Source: a virus (lineage: Duplodnaviria > Caudoviricetes). Taken from it: a stretch of 64,000 bases of DNA. This document shows positions 59,382 through 64,000 of the stretch, in pieces. The notes beneath the pieces were generated by a model. It did no database searches and had not been told where the DNA came from. It saw nothing but the letters and a program-made list of their open reading frames with translations. Location: the IMG/VR virus record IMGVR_UViG_3300018405_000011; one strand, written 5' to 3'. A program made the translations under genes and the position numbers. Position 1 is the first letter of the stretch, and the number at the start of each line of letters is the position of its first letter.

Positions 59382-59446
59382 AAAGTTATCCTATCAGTGA
59401 GGATGAATAAAAAGAGTATCTAGAGGATTCGTTTTCGGCACGGGTT

Positions 59447-59467
59447 AAAACCCATATTACCTTAACG
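59447..59467 (+). promoter_or_regulatory. putative early promoter
   Basis: AAAACCCATATTACCTTAACG. Confidence 0.6.
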
Positions 59468-59544
59468 CATAAACACTACCTGTTAACTATAGGGAATACT
59501 TATAACCATGTTCAACATTTTAACTTTACTGTGCGAGGCACATT

Positions 59545-60312
59545 ATGAATGCAAAGAAAGAGCAAGAAGCTCGAGTTGCCGCCATGCGGCTAGTACTCGA
59601 CCACTACAGGCGAGATACCGTCAGTCCCATTTTTATTACGCCGGAGATACTTAGGGAATACCACTACCAGCTAAAGGATGTTGACCGTGTAGTTGTGTTT
59701 ATTGGGTTTGACATTAACAGCCCATTAATGATACCGACAGGAACGCACTTTAAACAAGATGTATGGGTGGTAGAGTCCATCTATCGCTCCGCAATTGACG
59801 TAACTATCGAAGGTGACATGTATTTCATGGACACTGAGATTAGATTACGTTATGGAACCGACATCGTAATTAATACCCACCCTCTGGCTGAAGTCAAAGG
59901 TATCCACCGCTTCGATGCAGTGAGTTGGGAGCACTGGAAGTCTGAAAAGATACGGACACGACTTATGGGTAACAAAGCTGTTAGAGTCTTTCATAACGAA
60001 ACCGACGCTAAAGTGTTACAACAGAAGTTCCGCGATGTCTTTTTAGCCCTCCCTACATTTCCACTGAAAGATTTTATTAAACTCCTTCCGTCAGTCAAAC
60101 TTTTGTATAATAAAAATAAGGGGCTACATAAAGTAGTCGGTGATATCATCATAAAAGGACCTTACCGATACACCATACCCGAAAACCTATTATTCACAGG
60201 AGACGTCAGTCATCTAGATTACATCCAGCAAGACTATCCATCAACCACTCGGATAGAAGGCGGTAAAATCGAGATGCTGAGTTACTTCAACTATGCTGAC
60301 AACAACCCTTAA
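59545..60312 (+). CDS. hypothetical protein (putative early)
   Basis: 255 aa with GAGG RBS, downstream of the early-type promoter. Confidence 0.6.
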   Translation: MNAKKEQEARVAAMRLVLDHYRRDTVSPIFITPEILREYHYQLKDVDRVVVFIGFDINSPLMIPTGTHFKQDVWVVESIYRSAIDVTIEGDMYFMDTEIRLRYGTDIVINTHPLAEVKGIHRFDAVSWEHWKSEKIRTRLMGNKAVRVFHNETDAKVLQQKFRDVFLALPTFPLKDFIKLLPSVKLLYNKNKGLHKVVGDIIIKGPYRYTIPENLLFTGDVSHLDYIQQDYPSTTRIEGGKIEMLSYFNYADNNP

Positions 60313-60652
60313 TCAAAAGAAACTTATCGTAGTCGGTAATTTCTTCTCCTGTAACGGGGAGATAGGAAACCCACTGCGCGTGGCCTATACGGGAGCGGAT
60401 GTTGCCCCGTGGCTAAAAGAAGCCTTTGATAATAACGTATCTGAAGAAGACTATGGCGCACTCGCCCAACACCCAGACCCTCATGTGAGGTGTCTGGTTG
60501 CTCGTAATCTAGAATGTCTGGATATACTGGCAAATGATGTCGATGCTTCAGTACGTCAAATTGCAAAGGAAGCTTTGCGCTATACTAGAGGACCCATGCG
60601 GGACCCGATTGATATAAAGCGTGAATTTCACCATGAATGGGTGCGGCAGTAA
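60293..60652 (+). CDS. small protein with LRV/HEAT-like helical repeats
   Basis: 'LAQHPDPHVRCLVARN' and 'LANDVDASVRQIA'. Confidence 0.5.
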   Translation: MLTTTLNQKKLIVVGNFFSCNGEIGNPLRVAYTGADVAPWLKEAFDNNVSEEDYGALAQHPDPHVRCLVARNLECLDILANDVDASVRQIAKEALRYTRGPMRDPIDIKREFHHEWVRQ

Positions 60653-60739
60653 TCCCATAGACTCAGGACAATAAATTAAACCTTTAATTTATGCCCTCTT
60701 CGTATTTTAAACCCACTAATCCGTAAACAGGAGTTTTAC

Positions 60740-61690
60740 ATGAGTAATTGGCAAGGCGGTGGCGGTAACTGGGGCGGTAAACGCGCTCCTAAGCCACGTC
60801 CACAACACGGTCCAGAGCACGAACTAGAGCCACGCATTGAAGCTATCTTACGCAAAGACCGTAATGTCCCTAAGAACTATCACAGTCCAGGTGAATCTCC
60901 ATCGCGTGAAACCATACTGTTAGAAGGTGACCCAGAACGTCAAAGTATTGAAGTACCAAAAGCGGCAATGTTGTTTAAGCAAGCAGGCTACCCACTGAAC
61001 CACGACCAGTATCCACCGATTAAGAAGTTTAATTCTGAATACCCAGATTCAAACTACTACTTCGTACACAGCGGTCCTGTATTCTGGAAGAAAGACGAAA
61101 ACTTCCGTCATATCCCGACATACTCACGTTATGTCATCGACCGCTTCGGTCGTGTACTCAATGCCTGCACTGGTGTTGCTGTACAACCTGAAAACGATCG
61201 TATGTATAAACTGGTGGCTGATGGTCCTGCCTTTAGCAATAACCCATACTGGGCAGCTAAAGACACACTGCTGATGTTAGCATTCAGTACCTTACCTGAA
61301 AACTTCATTGACTATGGCGGTGGTACATACAGCCATGAGCTTAAAGTTGATGCAGAGAAAGGTGAGTACACATGGGTTGCTCGTCCAGCAGTGAAAGTCC
61401 GCAATGGCGAAACTGGTCAAACGAAGTTATATCGTAATTTCCCTGAGTTTATTGAATGTGCGGTAAAAGACTTCCAGCAAGCCGGTGATTTACGACGTCA
61501 AATCCGTACACCGATTGATGGCGTTCTGACCGTAGGTCCGTTCCAAATCAAGCTAGCAGAAGAAACGGCGATGCCTGAACTTCCAGTGGCTAGCGAAAGC
61601 AGTTCTACTGCGGCAGTCAGTGAGCCTGCTCCAGCAGCAGCCACACAAGAAGAAACCGTCGATATTGATTTCGATGATTTAGAATTCTAA
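60740..61690 (+). CDS. NUMOD4/degenerate-HNH-like protein with acidic SSB-like tail
   Basis: 'FRHIPTYSRYVIDRFGRVLN' is NUMOD4-like; no intact HNH; ends 'DIDFDDLEF'; strong AGGAG RBS. Confidence 0.55.
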   Translation: MSNWQGGGGNWGGKRAPKPRPQHGPEHELEPRIEAILRKDRNVPKNYHSPGESPSRETILLEGDPERQSIEVPKAAMLFKQAGYPLNHDQYPPIKKFNSEYPDSNYYFVHSGPVFWKKDENFRHIPTYSRYVIDRFGRVLNACTGVAVQPENDRMYKLVADGPAFSNNPYWAAKDTLLMLAFSTLPENFIDYGGGTYSHELKVDAEKGEYTWVARPAVKVRNGETGQTKLYRNFPEFIECAVKDFQQAGDLRRQIRTPIDGVLTVGPFQIKLAEETAMPELPVASESSSTAAVSEPAPAAATQEETVDIDFDDLEF

Positions 61691-61697
61691 CATGAAC

Positions 61698-61733
61698 TAG
61701 TGTACTGTCTGATTTCGGTCAGACAGTACACTA
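61698..61733 (+). terminator. 15-bp hairpin with TTCG-type loop
   Basis: TAGTGTACTGTCTGA-TTTCGG-TCAGACAGTACACTA just upstream of the cca RBS. Confidence 0.55.
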
Positions 61734-61745
61734 ATAGGAGCTTTT

Positions 61746-63023
61746 ATGAAAATATACTTAGTAGGTGGTGCAGTACGTGACATAGCAATGGGCTTAAGTC
61801 CAAAGGACTTTGACTATGTGGCTGTTGGCGGTAATCCCGATTATTTTCAGGAATGGAAGATGGTCGGTAAAGACTTTCCGGTTTTTATTGAACCGGCACA
61901 TGGATGGGAAGTTGCATTAGCACGTAAAGAAAGTAAGACAGGACTAGGGTATACCGGTTTTTCTATAGAGTGGGAAGGGGTGACTCTAGAAGAAGATTTA
62001 GCTCGACGTGACCTGACCATCAATGCAATGGCGCAGGAAGTTGACTGGGAGCAAACGGTTGAGAAAGGGTACCCTATAACAACCGGGGATATCATAGACC
62101 CCTACGGTGGCTTAGACAGTCTTAAGAACCGATTGTTGCATCCGACCTCAGTGCGGTTCGAAGAGGACCCAGTGAGGCTATTACGCGCCGGGCGCTTTCT
62201 AGCACGGTATACTGAGTTTAAGCCGAGTGTCCAGTTAATCGAAGTTTGTAAAAGAATGGCGCGACAGGGTACAATGGGTGAACTTAATGCGGCCCGTGTA
62301 TGGAAAGAAACGGAAAAGGCCCTAACTGAGCACTTTCCAGTGAACTACTTCGACTTCATTACCCAGTTTGACTTTCCCTTTGTACGGTTCTTACGGGCAA
62401 TGAAACATACCCGTGAGGACAATGCTTATCATCGTGAAGAGTCTGTCTATGACCATACAATGATGGTATTAGCTCATGCCAGTCAAACCGATAATAATCC
62501 TAGGCTTAACTTTGCCTGCTTAATGCATGACATTGCTAAACCCTATTGTTATGCAACTCAAGGGAATGGACATGGACATGAAGAGGTAGGAGTAGGGATG
62601 GTTAAAGAGTTCTGCTCTACATGGAGTATACCTAAGGCATATCGAGATTCGGCCATTGCAGTTACACGTTACCACCAAATGGTACATTCTGCACTAGGAC
62701 GTAATGGCGATAGTCCGCTTAGACCACGCAGTGTTATGACTCTCTTCAATGGCATCCATGCCTTTAATCAACCCGATAATTTAGAGTTTCTACTGCAAGC
62801 ATGTTTCGCTGACCATTACGGACGCATTGGCGATGAGCCCCCAGCCGTTTATCGCAATAGCGAGTTTCTAAAGGAGTGTTATGCCGCAGCTTCGCAGGTT
62901 GACGCACAAGCTTTAGCCGCTCGTCTTATCGAGAAGGGGAACTGCGCAGGACACGTCATTGGTGAACGTATCAATGAAGCGAGATGTAAAGCTATCTCGG
63001 TGGTCCGTAACCAATGGGTTTAA
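61746..63023 (+). CDS. cca: multifunctional CCA tRNA nucleotidyltransferase with HD domain
   Basis: 'YLVGGAVRD', 'DFDYV', 'EDLARRDLTINAMA', 'EEDPVRLLRAGRF', and HD motif 'LMHDIAK'. Confidence 0.93.
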   Translation: MKIYLVGGAVRDIAMGLSPKDFDYVAVGGNPDYFQEWKMVGKDFPVFIEPAHGWEVALARKESKTGLGYTGFSIEWEGVTLEEDLARRDLTINAMAQEVDWEQTVEKGYPITTGDIIDPYGGLDSLKNRLLHPTSVRFEEDPVRLLRAGRFLARYTEFKPSVQLIEVCKRMARQGTMGELNAARVWKETEKALTEHFPVNYFDFITQFDFPFVRFLRAMKHTREDNAYHREESVYDHTMMVLAHASQTDNNPRLNFACLMHDIAKPYCYATQGNGHGHEEVGVGMVKEFCSTWSIPKAYRDSAIAVTRYHQMVHSALGRNGDSPLRPRSVMTLFNGIHAFNQPDNLEFLLQACFADHYGRIGDEPPAVYRNSEFLKECYAAASQVDAQALAARLIEKGNCAGHVIGERINEARCKAISVVRNQWV

Positions 63024-63033
63024 TAAGTTAGAT

Positions 63034-63070
63034 TAGGTTATCTGCGTGATAGCAGATAACCTATCTTTTT
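63034..63070 (+). terminator. intrinsic terminator
   Basis: TAGGTTATCTGC-GTGATA-GCAGATAACCTA followed by TCTTTTT. Confidence 0.7.
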
Positions 63071-64000
63071 AACTTAACTTATTTTTCTCTCTATAAAAGC
63101 CCAGAAGGCGGTTTAGATATAAATCAACCCACTTGCCTTAGTTAACTAAAATAACCCTCTTAGAAATCGATACAATGCGTTTTAAGCTATATTTGAATAC
63201 AAAGATTAAAGTAAGTTAAAAACATCCTGTTAAAGTTATGTTTTCTTAGTAGGTAATTTTGACTCTTGTAAAATACCCAATTTTGACCTAAATATTTTTA
63301 AGTGCGATGACTTTCTAAAATTAGGACATTTCTCTCTATCCATTGCCCCACCTTTAGTATGCCTTAATTTGTAAAAATTTACAGAGCCGATCAAATTAAG
63401 ATGAGGAGCTTTTCTAGATCTATTTTTTTCTAAAGAAAAAAATAAGTAATTATTAATATATATAGAAAAAAATATTTTAATAAGATTAGTCATATAAAGA
63501 TATTAAAAAAAAACAACTGAAAGTTGTTTTTAAAGAATATAAAACCTAAAAGAAAAAGATCAGGAACTCGAACTACGTTCTCATTCTGGAAATTAGATCG
63601 GTTTAAATATATCTCGAAGAGTCTGCTATGAGTGTAAGCACTCATAGACTCACTAGGAAGATTCTAGAGAAAAGTTTAGTAGGTTTATATAAAAACTCAA
63701 CATTTACACTCTACTCCTCCTGAGGACTACCTCAGGAGAGATGAAGTAAACTTTCAAAAAACATTGGATTATAACTGATGCCTCCCTTGAGGGGAGTCAT
63801 AGAAAGTCCCGGAGGGAGATCTAAAATAAACAAAATATATTTGGGCCGCGACGCGACGCCGTCGGGCACACCTCTGGCAAAAATAAAGTCCCTAATGCCC
63901 TCTAAAAGTTCCTGTATCGAACGTAGAGCCACGTTAAAGTATTAAGGTGATAGATTGCTTACCTTTTACATTATCGTCGCTCTAATCGCTTTACAGAGAA
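63071..64000. other. long AT-rich, hairpin-rich non-coding region
   Basis: No credible ORF; A/T tracts at 63420-63560; several stem-loops at 63619-63860. Confidence 0.55.

Noticed and set aside
63236-63493. 85-aa minus-strand ORF and 63732-63932 ORF
   Set aside because: AT-tract-derived composition, no clear RBS and no motifs; cannot be fully excluded without homology data.
1-64000. tRNA, rRNA or CRISPR arrays
   Set aside because: No cloverleaf with T-loop/D-loop consensus, and no regularly spaced repeat-spacer array, was found by eye.

Overview
This 64 kb window is a gene-dense segment of a phiKZ-related jumbo myophage (probably Chimalliviridae); a spanin-like lipoprotein pair points to a Gram-negative host. 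Family assignments come from recognisable motifs and phiKZ-like gene order, not from database searches. Left to right it holds: a tail-fibre/collar cluster with a Tfa-type chaperone, baseplate-region genes, spanins, RNase H, a spike-like protein, an SbcC ATPase, internal head proteins, a UvsX/RecA-like protein, a tape-measure-like protein ending in an M23 peptidase, virion RNA polymerase beta' and beta subunits, a prohead protease, an island of small presumed-early genes, tail tube and sheath, terminase large subunit, a degenerate NUMOD4/HNH-like protein, a CCA-adding enzyme and about 1 kb of AT-rich structured non-coding DNA. The main hidden feature is a 498-nt ORF-less group I intron (35392-35889) that splits the RNAP catalytic motif as D/FDGD; exon 2 (35890-36060) is absent from the ORF track. 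Other notable items: a duplicated ~75-bp intergenic element bracketing a fibre cassette, four copies of a TATATTAC-like early promoter, a family of small membrane proteins starting MF(A/S)xIK, two unannotated small ORFs (one extremely acidic), and a protein ending in an SSB-like acidic tail. No tRNA, rRNA, CRISPR array or intein was seen.
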